Assembly (NCBI GenBank): GCA_017962175.1
Contig: JAGCVU010000248.1
Span: 2,514-66,513, forward strand
Length of the DNA: 64,000 nucleotides
Direction of reading: 5' to 3'
From: Bacteroidales bacterium
GTDB lineage: Bacteria > Bacteroidota > Bacteroidia > Bacteroidales > UBA3824
This document shows positions 18,423-26,834 of the stretch, in pieces. Within the stretch, counting starts at the first letter, position 1. Each line of letters opens with the position of its first letter. A program made the position numbers and the translations under genes. Under the pieces are notes generated by a model. The model saw nothing but the letters and a program-made list of their open reading frames with translations, made no database searches and was not told the origin of the DNA.

Positions 18423-19859
18423 TTACAATGTTTCTTGTCGCAATTGCTCTATGTATTTGTCAATATCACGAAGCTTGTCGGCAATGCGAATATTTTGCGG
18501 ACAGTGCGGCTGACATACTCCACAACCAATACAGTGATTTGCCTGACGTTTGGGTTCTACCACACGGTCGTACCCGATAAGGAATCGTTTGCGAGCTTCC
18601 ACAAAGTTAGCGTCCTGAGTTGAAACCGAAATAAAACCTTCGTTGACACATTTATTATAATGTGTAAATGTAGTAGGAATATCCACACCGTAGGGACACG
18701 GCATACAATATTGACACGCAGTACACGGCACGAGAGGGAATTTAACAAACTCATCTGCAACACGTTGAAGAAGCACATTTTCGTCTTCGGTGCACTCTTC
18801 GAGCGGACAAAGCGTTGAAAGGTTATCTTGCAAATGCTCCATATAGGTCATACCCGAAAGAATGGTGAGAATATTTGGGTGCGTTGCAATCCATCTAAAC
18901 GACCACGAAGCCACACTACTTTCAGGACGACGTTCGCGCAAATTTTCAGCCAAGTGAGTAGGCAATTTGGCAAGACGTCCACCCAAAATCGGTTCCATCA
19001 CAAACACGGGGATTCCTGCATCTGTGAGACGATTATATAGATATTCGGCATCGGTGTTGCTGGGATTAATCTGTTTTGCATATTTCCAATCCACATAATT
19101 CATCTGAATCATGGCAAAATCCCAATGATACTTATCGTTGTTATCTACAAGATAATCAAACACTTTAACATCGCCGTGATACGAAAAACCAAGGTTGCGG
19201 ATTCTGCCTGCCTCGCGCTCTTTTAAAAGAAAATCAAGAACGCCGTTTTCGATGTAACGTTTTTGCAAACATTCCAATCCGTCGAGTGCCTTGCCATCAA
19301 CAAACGAGGTCATACCAATGCCGTGAAGATGCAGATAATCAATATGATCGGTTTGCAATTCTTTGAGCGAATTTTTGTACATTCCGGTAGATGCCTCAAA
19401 AGTCCATTGTTGAGGACTAAATGTTGACAACTTAGTAGAAATAAAGTACTTATCTCTTGGATGACGGCTAAGAGCAATGCCCATCGCGTGTTCCGACATT
19501 CCTCGGCAATACGCAGGCGAAGTGTCAAATAAGTTGAGACCGTGCTCTATGGCATAATCGGTAAGTTGATTTACTGTTTCTTGATCAATTTCGTCGCCAC
19601 TTTCGCGTGCACTCTGATTGCTAATGGTGGGCAAACGCATAAAACCGTAACCAAGAATCGAAACCTTTTCGCCAGTTTTAGGATTAACGCGATAAGTCAT
19701 TTTGTCGGTAGGAATATTTTTTGAAACCGACGTGGTAGTGTTGCCAAGTCCGCTATTTTCAGCAACTTTGCCGCAACCCGTAGCCGCAACAGCCGTTACA
19801 GCTGCCGACGCTCCGGCTATTTTTAAAAATTCGCGGCGTGATATATTTTTATCTGACAT
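18423..19859 (-). CDS. Tat-exported aldo/keto reductase-family lipoprotein with C-terminal 4Fe-4S binding domain
   Basis: The twin-arginine motif 'SRREFLK' is followed by the lipobox 'AATGC'. The AKR core includes 'GLNLFDTSPAY' and 'YLHLHG'. The C-terminal Cys motifs are 'CTACQYCMPCP' and 'CIGCGVCQPHCP'. Confidence 0.8.
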   Translation of the reverse strand: MSDKNISRREFLKIAGASAAVTAVAATGCGKVAENSGLGNTTTSVSKNIPTDKMTYRVNPKTGEKVSILGYGFMRLPTISNQSARESGDEIDQETVNQLTDYAIEHGLNLFDTSPAYCRGMSEHAMGIALSRHPRDKYFISTKLSTFSPQQWTFEASTGMYKNSLKELQTDHIDYLHLHGIGMTSFVDGKALDGLECLQKRYIENGVLDFLLKEREAGRIRNLGFSYHGDVKVFDYLVDNNDKYHWDFAMIQMNYVDWKYAKQINPSNTDAEYLYNRLTDAGIPVFVMEPILGGRLAKLPTHLAENLRERRPESSVASWSFRWIATHPNILTILSGMTYMEHLQDNLSTLCPLEECTEDENVLLQRVADEFVKFPLVPCTACQYCMPCPYGVDIPTTFTHYNKCVNEGFISVSTQDANFVEARKRFLIGYDRVVEPKRQANHCIGCGVCQPHCPQNIRIADKLRDIDKYIEQLRQETL

Positions 19860-19890
19860 GATTCTAAGTAATTAAAAATTAACAATAAAA

Positions 19891-19930
19891 AATTATGCAT
19901 TATTCATTATGCTTTATGAATTATGCATTA
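19891..19930. repeat. three tandem copies of a 14-bp unit (core ATTATGC[A/T]TTA)
   Basis: The copies are aattatgcatta (19891-19902), cattatgcttta (19905-19916) and aattatgcatta (19919-19930). The last copy overlaps the stop codon of the polyferredoxin gene. Confidence 0.8.
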
Positions 19931-21400
19931 AAAATCGCCATGTACCAAATTACCTTCCACATAAATTGCCGAGAAAGGACGCACGGGACATAGATGTTCG
20001 CATGCACCGCAACCAAGGCAGCGTTCGGTATCAACAGAAGGAATCAAGATATCAGGATTTCCATCAAGCGGCACCATCGTAATAGCACCAGAAGGACAAT
20101 GTTGAGCACAATTGCCACATTTAACGCCTTCGGCTACAGGCAAACAGTTTTGCTTAATCCAAACAGCATGACCGGCACGAATCGAAGCTTTCTCTTCGCG
20201 AGTGATTTTTTCGATAGCACCTGTGGGGCAAACTTCCGAACAGCGAGTACATTCGGGACGGCAATAACCACGCTCAAAACTCATTTCGGGCTGCATAAAT
20301 GTTGCAAGATTAGACGACGGTCGCAAAACTCCATTAGGACATTGAGCCACACACAATTGACAAGCGGTGCAATGATTAGAAAAATGTTTAAAACCTCTTG
20401 CTCCTGCGGGTTTTACGGGTATTTCGCGTTCGGGAATTATTTTGTCTTCAATAATGGCAAGTCCACCGTCAACCGTTTTTTCTTGAGCTTTAACTACTGA
20501 TGCGGCAGCAAGTAATGCGGTGGTAGTGAGTGTTTTGCGAAGCGAATCGTCAACTTCGGGGGTAGCCTTAGTTTCTGCTTTTTCCGATTTGCAACGACCG
20601 AAATCAATAGCTGATTTTTTACAAACATCAATACAATTCATACAAGCCACACAGCGCGAATAATCAATCTTATGCGATTTATAATCAAGTGCTTGAGCCT
20701 TGCAGTTCTTTTCACAGAGTCCGCAGTTTACACATTTGTCGGCGTTGATGTTAACCTTAAAAACTGATTTGGTAGAAATCAATCCGAGAACGGTGCCCAC
20801 AGGGCAAACAGTGTTGCAGTAACCGCGTCCAGCTTTCCAACTCCAAACGCTTATTACAATGAAAGTTACAAGGGCAATACCGAATGTAAGTCCGCTCTTG
20901 ATCCAAACGTCAACTCTGTAAACTGCATAAGATTCGTAATGCTCAGCTATGCTTGCACAGATATTGTGAAGCCACGAATATACAGGCTGAAATAGCGAAT
21001 TAATCATTCGTCCGTATGCGCTATAAGGTGCAATCAAGTCGGCTACAGGGGCAAAAAATATCAAACACAACACAAACACACCTAAAATATAAAGGCGTGT
21101 AGATAGTTTTTTGTCTTTAAAGGCAAAACGGCGTTTTTTAAATCGTCCTGCTATGCGGCTAACAAAATCTTGAAATACGCCCATCGGGCAAATAACAGAG
21201 CAATAGACCCTTCCTAACAGAAAGGTGAGAGCAAGCACAAACAATATCACTCCTATATTGAGCGACAGAATGGCTGGTAAAAACTGCATTTTGGCCATCC
21301 AACCTAAGTAAGCGTGAAGCCCGCCGGTGAAGTCCAAAAACAGTATCGTTAAGCTCACCCAAAAAACAAGGGCAAGCCAAAAGCGGATTTTTTTAAGCAT
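19928..21400 (-). CDS. membrane polyferredoxin, NapH-like N-terminal half fused to a NapG/NapF-like multi-[4Fe-4S] C-terminal half
   Basis: The TM helices carry two 'GR.YC..[IV]CP.G' motifs (GRVYCSVICPMG, GRGYCNTVCPVG). These are followed by CVNCGLCEKNC/CVACMNCIDVC, a hydrophobic segment 'RKTLTTTALLAAASVVKA', and then four more CxxCxxCxxxCP-type motifs. Confidence 0.75.
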   Translation of the reverse strand: MLKKIRFWLALVFWVSLTILFLDFTGGLHAYLGWMAKMQFLPAILSLNIGVILFVLALTFLLGRVYCSVICPMGVFQDFVSRIAGRFKKRRFAFKDKKLSTRLYILGVFVLCLIFFAPVADLIAPYSAYGRMINSLFQPVYSWLHNICASIAEHYESYAVYRVDVWIKSGLTFGIALVTFIVISVWSWKAGRGYCNTVCPVGTVLGLISTKSVFKVNINADKCVNCGLCEKNCKAQALDYKSHKIDYSRCVACMNCIDVCKKSAIDFGRCKSEKAETKATPEVDDSLRKTLTTTALLAAASVVKAQEKTVDGGLAIIEDKIIPEREIPVKPAGARGFKHFSNHCTACQLCVAQCPNGVLRPSSNLATFMQPEMSFERGYCRPECTRCSEVCPTGAIEKITREEKASIRAGHAVWIKQNCLPVAEGVKCGNCAQHCPSGAITMVPLDGNPDILIPSVDTERCLGCGACEHLCPVRPFSAIYVEGNLVHGDF

Positions 21401-21429
21401 ATATTTATTAATTAGTGATTTATGTGATT

Positions 21430-21993
21430 TTATTTGGTGTAATTCATAATAGTGGTAAGTTCGTAGCCGTCGTCGTCAATTTCGGTAGACGACAATGTTA
21501 ACTTACTATTTGAAAGCGACAAAATCCTAATATCTTCCGAAGGACGTCCACTTATCAGAGTAGAAATAACCGAATCGTTCAACAAGCTCCAAGTACCAGA
21601 AGCACTGTCGGTTGGACTTGAAAGCGAAAACGTTTTGTCGCTACGAACATCAAAAACAAAATTGCCAACAAGTTCTTTCAAATGTTCTTCGATTTCCAAC
21701 TTAATAGAATCGGGTGCATATTTTGATTTCTGAAGTTCACGGTTTTTACGATGTTGTTGCAAACTTTCTTTCACAACATTGTCGGCAGATTCAATTTCCA
21801 TATCAATCTGTTTCAACTCTTTATCGATTTCATCAAGAGATTTCAAACTCTGATATTCGCAAAAACTTTCAAGGTCTGAAATTTCAGACTTTTCAAGAGT
21901 CCATCTACCTACCAACATTTGCTCCACGCCATCGCTGCATGCATAAAAAGAAGCAGCGATACTAAATGCAAAAATATATAGCAATTTTTTCAT
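21430..21993 (-). CDS. lipoprotein with lipocalin_4-like strands split by a coiled-coil insert
   Basis: The start is at the ATG (MKKLLYIF...FYAC lipobox); the track starts 2 codons earlier at a TTG. It contains 'LVGRWTLEKS' and, later, 'SGTWSLLND', with a charged helical insert between them. Confidence 0.55.
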   Translation of the reverse strand: MKKLLYIFAFSIAASFYACSDGVEQMLVGRWTLEKSEISDLESFCEYQSLKSLDEIDKELKQIDMEIESADNVVKESLQQHRKNRELQKSKYAPDSIKLEIEEHLKELVGNFVFDVRSDKTFSLSSPTDSASGTWSLLNDSVISTLISGRPSEDIRILSLSNSKLTLSSTEIDDDGYELTTIMNYTK

Positions 21994-21999
21994 ATTCAA

Positions 22000-22986
22000 T
22001 TAGTTAGATACCTTTCTAAAGGTAAGTTTTGTTATAATATCAAGATTATCTACCTTTTCGGAAACCACAATAATCATTCGTTGATCGTTGAGTTCTTGCA
22101 ATTGTACTTGGTCAAATTTGGTATCGCCTTCGGGTTGCATTTTTAGGTAATGGCTCGAAGGGTCGTATTCCCAATAACCACGTTCGGGATTAGGAGTAAA
22201 TCCGGTACGTACAAACTTGCGATCTGCTGTGAAAACCAATTGGGCAACTCTTACAAGCGCTTCTACAGACTCTTGATGATTGATACTGTCTTGCTTGTTG
22301 GCACGGAACTGATTGTCAACATAACTTTCCATACGCCAAGTACCAATAAGAGGATTTTCCGAAGTGCGAATGTTTGAATTCAAGTCCACAGTATTGAGAC
22401 TCTTGTTTTGAGCACCCGGGTCGCTTGCATTGGGACGGAACATTATAACAGCCAACAAAATAACTACCACAGCACCAAGCATATAGCAGATATTTTTGTA
22501 AAGAGTTTCTTTAGAACCGTCGCCCGTAGCTGCTTTTTTGGTAGTTGATTTTGCAACATTTGCAGTGCGACGTTGTTTCTTTTGTTCTTTCTCTTTTTTA
22601 AGACGTTTGCGGTCGGCAAGGTCGCCATAATTTTTGGTAAGAAGGTCGATAAGGTCTTCCGAAGCTGACGAAAACACAGTTTCGCTGTTGTCGATCCACA
22701 CATGATCATTGAGAAAATATCGCTGAGTGGCAGTACTGTCCATATTAGAAGTTACAAAAGGAACAACAGTAACATCTTTTTCTTGACAAACGTCTAACAC
22801 ATTGATAAACGCGGAGTTAGTATCTGCCTTAGGCGAAAAAACAGCAATTACAACTTCGGGCAACTCATTCTCTGAAAGCGAGTTAACACCAGCGGTTACT
22901 GCAAAATTGTGCATTTTTAAAACCATCGCCAATTTTTCAGCGATGTTTTTTCCGTCGGGAGCGAACTGAATAAGTATCTTTTCCAA
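22000..22986 (-). CDS. single-pass membrane protein: N-terminal cytoplasmic TIR-like (flavodoxin-like) module, basic linker, TM helix, C-terminal lipocalin_4-like domain
   Basis: The start codon is TTG, 2 nt after the upstream stop. Residues 3-85 ('KILIQFAPDGKNIAEKL...VVIAVFSPKADTNSAFINVLDV...VTVVPFV') follow the strand/helix pattern of TIR-like domains. The TM helix is 'ICYMLGAVVVILLAVIMF'. 'LIGTWRMESY' opens a lipocalin-like barrel. Confidence 0.5.
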   Translation of the reverse strand: MEKILIQFAPDGKNIAEKLAMVLKMHNFAVTAGVNSLSENELPEVVIAVFSPKADTNSAFINVLDVCQEKDVTVVPFVTSNMDSTATQRYFLNDHVWIDNSETVFSSASEDLIDLLTKNYGDLADRKRLKKEKEQKKQRRTANVAKSTTKKAATGDGSKETLYKNICYMLGAVVVILLAVIMFRPNASDPGAQNKSLNTVDLNSNIRTSENPLIGTWRMESYVDNQFRANKQDSINHQESVEALVRVAQLVFTADRKFVRTGFTPNPERGYWEYDPSSHYLKMQPEGDTKFDQVQLQELNDQRMIIVVSEKVDNLDIITKLTFRKVSN

Positions 22987-22988
22987 TT

Positions 22989-23396
22989 TTATTTTACTTT
23001 TGTATAAATAGTCTTAGTTTCGATTTCACCATCTTTTGTAATCAACACAAGTTGATCGTCGGTGATAGATTCAATGTCCATAATAGCTTTAGAGCCGGAA
23101 TCTTCGTCAATTACGTGCAACTGTTTGCCGTCGGCAAGTATAGTCCAACGTCCCTTGGTGGTAATATTATTTACAGTATTAACACAAGTGAGGTCGCTTT
23201 TAAATTCCGACTGAGATGATTTAGCCATTTCAGCAAAAAACTCCTTAACATCAGGGTTTGACGCTTCGGGACTGTTAGTTGTAAGTTCGGTCATCTGCCA
23301 TTTGCCAATGATAAGGTCTTCGGGTTTCGACGAACAAGAACATACACATAATAAAACTGCTAAGATGAATAGAGAAGTGATGAGTTTTGTTTTCAT
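22989..23396 (-). CDS. lipocalin_4-like lipoprotein
   Basis: 135 aa. It has a signal peptide plus lipobox 'CVCSCSS', and contains 'IIGKWQMTELT' and 'KGRWTILADGKQL'. Confidence 0.6.
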   Translation of the reverse strand: MKTKLITSLFILAVLLCVCSCSSKPEDLIIGKWQMTELTTNSPEASNPDVKEFFAEMAKSSQSEFKSDLTCVNTVNNITTKGRWTILADGKQLHVIDEDSGSKAIMDIESITDDQLVLITKDGEIETKTIYTKVK

Positions 23397-23477
23397 TTTT
23401 AGTTACAATTTAGTTAATATCTTTGATAATTACAGCGCAAATATGCAAAAAAAAATGCAATGTTATCATTAATTACC

Positions 23478-23485
23478 ACAAATTT
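23478..23485 (-). promoter_or_regulatory. candidate -7 promoter box (TAaaTTTG on minus strand) upstream of the lipocalin/redox cluster
   Basis: The plus-strand caaattta at 23478-23485 is the reverse complement of TAAATTTG. No well-spaced -33 TTTG was seen. Confidence 0.3.
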
Positions 23486-23497
23486 ACCAAAAAAAAT

Positions 23498-25195
23498 CTA
23501 CAAGTCGCCGTCTTCGGGCAATATACTCCGGCTAAATGTAGAAGATATATTATATAAAAGTGTGGCAAGGTCGGCAAGGTCGTCGATAAGTTGCATATGA
23601 ATCTCGTGAGTGAGTTCCACATTAGGGTTCTCGTCCCAAAGACGTTTGATGTGCGAAAGGCGAAGACTATCAGCCAATTCGGCGGTTTGCTTGGTGTCGG
23701 CTGCTACCACGGCTATCTTTTGCGTATCGCGGGTAACGAGGGCAGAAATCAAACTTTGAAAATGATTTGAAATATTATTGTAGTAATGTGCTATTTCGTC
23801 GTGACCCTCTTTTGAAAACGATTTGCCAAGAGCTATCAGTTTGTTAAACAATGGCTTGATACCACGATGAATAACATCGCCCATACGTTCGGTCTGTTCT
23901 ACAATAGAAATCATCGAAAAAATCTGCGAGGTAATCAGATTGCTTGCCTTGCGCCTTCCCACGGCAAAAAGATAGTTGCGAATTTGTTCCTCAATAAAAT
24001 CGAGTTTGTTTTCCTTAATGTCGAGGTCGGCAATTACCTTTTCGATTTGGCGTCTCGACTCCGGCTTATCGGGATCATAATCGAGCAAAGGCTTGAGCGA
24101 CTTATCAAACATTCGCCCGGTAAGTTTAATCAATGTGGCGGTTTCTGAAATAGAGAGTTCAATAGCCGATTGAGGCATCACATCCACATTGATGTCGATA
24201 TATCTGAGGTGAGGAATGTTGTCTTCGGGAATTGGGCGGTCGGGACATATTTTTTCGATCAAATGCGCTACCGAAATGGTAAACGGCAAAATCACAAGAG
24301 CCGAACCAAACATATAAAGTGTATGAGCGTTGGCAATCTGACGTTCGGGTGAAATGGTCCACAAATCGCCAAGCCAATCGAGAAACATCACAAGCAGCGG
24401 AGTAAGCGGCACAAAAATAAACGCCGGAACAATCTTAACAAACAAATGCGCTATCATTGTGCGTTTGCTCTGTCGCGATGAACCCATAGCAGCCAACACC
24501 ACAAGCAAACTGGTGCCAATACCGCTACCGATTATCAGCGGAAAAGCCTCGTCTAAACCCATGAGTCCCTCTTTGGCAAAAACCATTAATATGCCGGTAA
24601 ACATACAACTACTCTGCATTATAGCAGTAGCCAATGTTCCCACAAGCACGCCGATTACAGGATTTGAAGCCGACGAAACCATTTCAAGAAATTGCGGCAT
24701 TTCTTTAAGGTCTGACACCGAAATGCTCAACAATTTCATTCCATAAAATACCAATCCAAAACCAAGAATGGCGCTACCGGCATCGCGAATTTTGTCGTTA
24801 AACCCAGCAGTTTTTAGCAAAAAACCAACTATCACAGGAATAATGGCGTAGGCAGTGATATCAAATGCAATCATCTGACTTGTAAACGTGCTGCCTATGT
24901 TGGCGCCCAGTATTACGGGAATAGTCTGAAAAAATGTCATCAAATTGGTTTCCACAAAACTGAGCATCATAATGGTAGTAGCTCCGGTGCTTTGTGTTAC
25001 CATTGTAAGTAGAATACCCGTTACAAGACTTGCAAAACGGTTTTTGTTCAGTTTTGTAAGAATATTGCGAATGTTTGTTCCCAAACTACTTTTGAGACCG
25101 TTGCTCATAAGCTCCATTCCCAAAAGGAAGAAAACCAAACCGCCGAGTGCACCGGCTATTACCGAAAACCAGTCGATTTCTATCGAAGTGTTCAT
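23498..25195 (-). CDS. Na/Pi cotransporter family protein with C-terminal PhoU-like domain
   Basis: 565 aa. The N-terminus 'GGLVFFLLGMELMSNGLK' and the repeated 'QSS..T' segments are typical of NptA-type Na/Pi-cotransporter II-related proteins. The C-terminal region is helical and PhoU-like. Confidence 0.8.
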   Translation of the reverse strand: MNTSIEIDWFSVIAGALGGLVFFLLGMELMSNGLKSSLGTNIRNILTKLNKNRFASLVTGILLTMVTQSTGATTIMMLSFVETNLMTFFQTIPVILGANIGSTFTSQMIAFDITAYAIIPVIVGFLLKTAGFNDKIRDAGSAILGFGLVFYGMKLLSISVSDLKEMPQFLEMVSSASNPVIGVLVGTLATAIMQSSCMFTGILMVFAKEGLMGLDEAFPLIIGSGIGTSLLVVLAAMGSSRQSKRTMIAHLFVKIVPAFIFVPLTPLLVMFLDWLGDLWTISPERQIANAHTLYMFGSALVILPFTISVAHLIEKICPDRPIPEDNIPHLRYIDINVDVMPQSAIELSISETATLIKLTGRMFDKSLKPLLDYDPDKPESRRQIEKVIADLDIKENKLDFIEEQIRNYLFAVGRRKASNLITSQIFSMISIVEQTERMGDVIHRGIKPLFNKLIALGKSFSKEGHDEIAHYYNNISNHFQSLISALVTRDTQKIAVVAADTKQTAELADSLRLSHIKRLWDENPNVELTHEIHMQLIDDLADLATLLYNISSTFSRSILPEDGDL

Positions 25196-25198
25196 ATA

Positions 25199-26710
25199 CT
25201 ATCTGATAACAGACGCAATTTTTCTTAACAACTCAATACGGTCGATAGGCTTGGCAATATAATCGGTGCAGCCGGTGTTGAGTATTCGTTCCCGTTCATC
25301 GTCCATACTAAAGGCTGTTTGAGCCACAATAGGAACCTTCGGGTCTATTTTAAGAATTTCACGAGCTGCTGTATAACCGTCTTTCACCGGCATTTGCATA
25401 TCCATAAGTATCAAACCTACATCGCGATTGGCATTAAAAAGCGATACACATTCCTCTCCGTCTTGAGCCCACAATATAGTGGCTCCGGTTTTGGAAAGTA
25501 TCTTTTCCAAAAGAATATAGTTGATACGGGCATCTTCGGCTATGAGAATTTTTTTGCCTGAGAAATTAAACTCGGGAGCACCAGATGATTTGTCGCTCGA
25601 AGATATGTGAATAGGCTTTTTCTGGGGAAGGCAAATCACAAATTCGGAGCCAACGCCTTCTTCTGATTTTACGTCGATAGTGCCGTGCATCAATTCCACA
25701 AGATTTTTGGTGATAGCCAGACCCAAACCAAGTCCATTGTTGGTTTTTACTGTGCCCACTTGCGTAAACCTGCCGAAAATTTTGGTAATCATATCGCGGG
25801 GAATGCCAATACCTGTATCCTTAACCGACAAAACAAGACTACCTTGGGTTATATTGTAACTGAATGTTACGGAGCCTGTTGACGTAAATTTGATGGCGTT
25901 GCTCACAAGATTGATAAGAATCTGCATAATGCGCTGAGCATCACCAAAAACAATGCTCGAAGGTTGCCGCAAAGGCTTGATACACACTATGTCAACATCA
26001 TCTTTGTGAAGTTCGGCACGCAACATACGGCTACGTTCGTCTAACTCGTCGAAAAGATTATTGATGTCGAATGATATTTCTTCAATCTGTATCTTGTTGT
26101 GCTGCAACTTATTAAAATCAGAAAAATCGTCCAACAGATGAAGCAGCGAAATGCAACTGTTGCGTATATATTTAAGGTAATGTGTGCGATCGTCGGTGCT
26201 GATACTGTCGTCGTTGAGAATATTGCTAAAACCAATAATGGCATTTAGCGGACTACGAAGTTCGTGCGCAAAGTTTGAACAAAGATCATCTTTATTGAGT
26301 TGATTATTGTCGTAGTGTTTCGACACTTCGTGAACCATTGCAAAAACGCCCTTTTTCTCCACAATTCTTACAACGGTAAACTTGCAGCGCAAGGTTTTTG
26401 TGTCGCCGCTGGGCATTATAATATTGAAGTAAAATTCTTCCTTGTCGGAGTAATTTTTCAACACTCCGATAAACTTGCGCTTCATTTTGAAAAAGTCAGA
26501 TTTGGAAATAATCTCTATAAGATTGTTTTCCAAATACTTATATGTTCGCCCTGTGATACGGCGTATTTCATTGTTGACATGAACCAATTGTTTTTCGTAA
26601 AAGACAGCAATGCCAGTGTCGATAGATTGAACTATTTGATTGAGTATATAATAATTCTCTATCAGCTTGTCTTTCACCGTTAAACCGTGGTTGGCAATTG
26701 ATGTATACAT
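25199..26710 (-). CDS. soluble hybrid sensor histidine kinase/response regulator (PAS-HisKA-HATPase-REC)
   Basis: The H-box is 'FAHELRSPLNAI'. The G-boxes are 'DTGIGIP' and 'GLGLGLAI'. The receiver has 'ILIAEDARIN' and 'LILMDMQMPVKDG'. No TM helix is present. Confidence 0.88.
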   Translation of the reverse strand: MYTSIANHGLTVKDKLIENYYILNQIVQSIDTGIAVFYEKQLVHVNNEIRRITGRTYKYLENNLIEIISKSDFFKMKRKFIGVLKNYSDKEEFYFNIIMPSGDTKTLRCKFTVVRIVEKKGVFAMVHEVSKHYDNNQLNKDDLCSNFAHELRSPLNAIIGFSNILNDDSISTDDRTHYLKYIRNSCISLLHLLDDFSDFNKLQHNKIQIEEISFDINNLFDELDERSRMLRAELHKDDVDIVCIKPLRQPSSIVFGDAQRIMQILINLVSNAIKFTSTGSVTFSYNITQGSLVLSVKDTGIGIPRDMITKIFGRFTQVGTVKTNNGLGLGLAITKNLVELMHGTIDVKSEEGVGSEFVICLPQKKPIHISSSDKSSGAPEFNFSGKKILIAEDARINYILLEKILSKTGATILWAQDGEECVSLFNANRDVGLILMDMQMPVKDGYTAAREILKIDPKVPIVAQTAFSMDDERERILNTGCTDYIAKPIDRIELLRKIASVIR

Positions 26711-26834
26711 AAGCGAGTTTATTAATAAAATCGTTTGTAAATATACACATTTTTCAAATAAAAATCAAGGTTTAAACTATTTTAATCCAATTTTTTTTTA
26801 AAAGAAACGTTATTAGGTAAACCAAAAAACAAAG

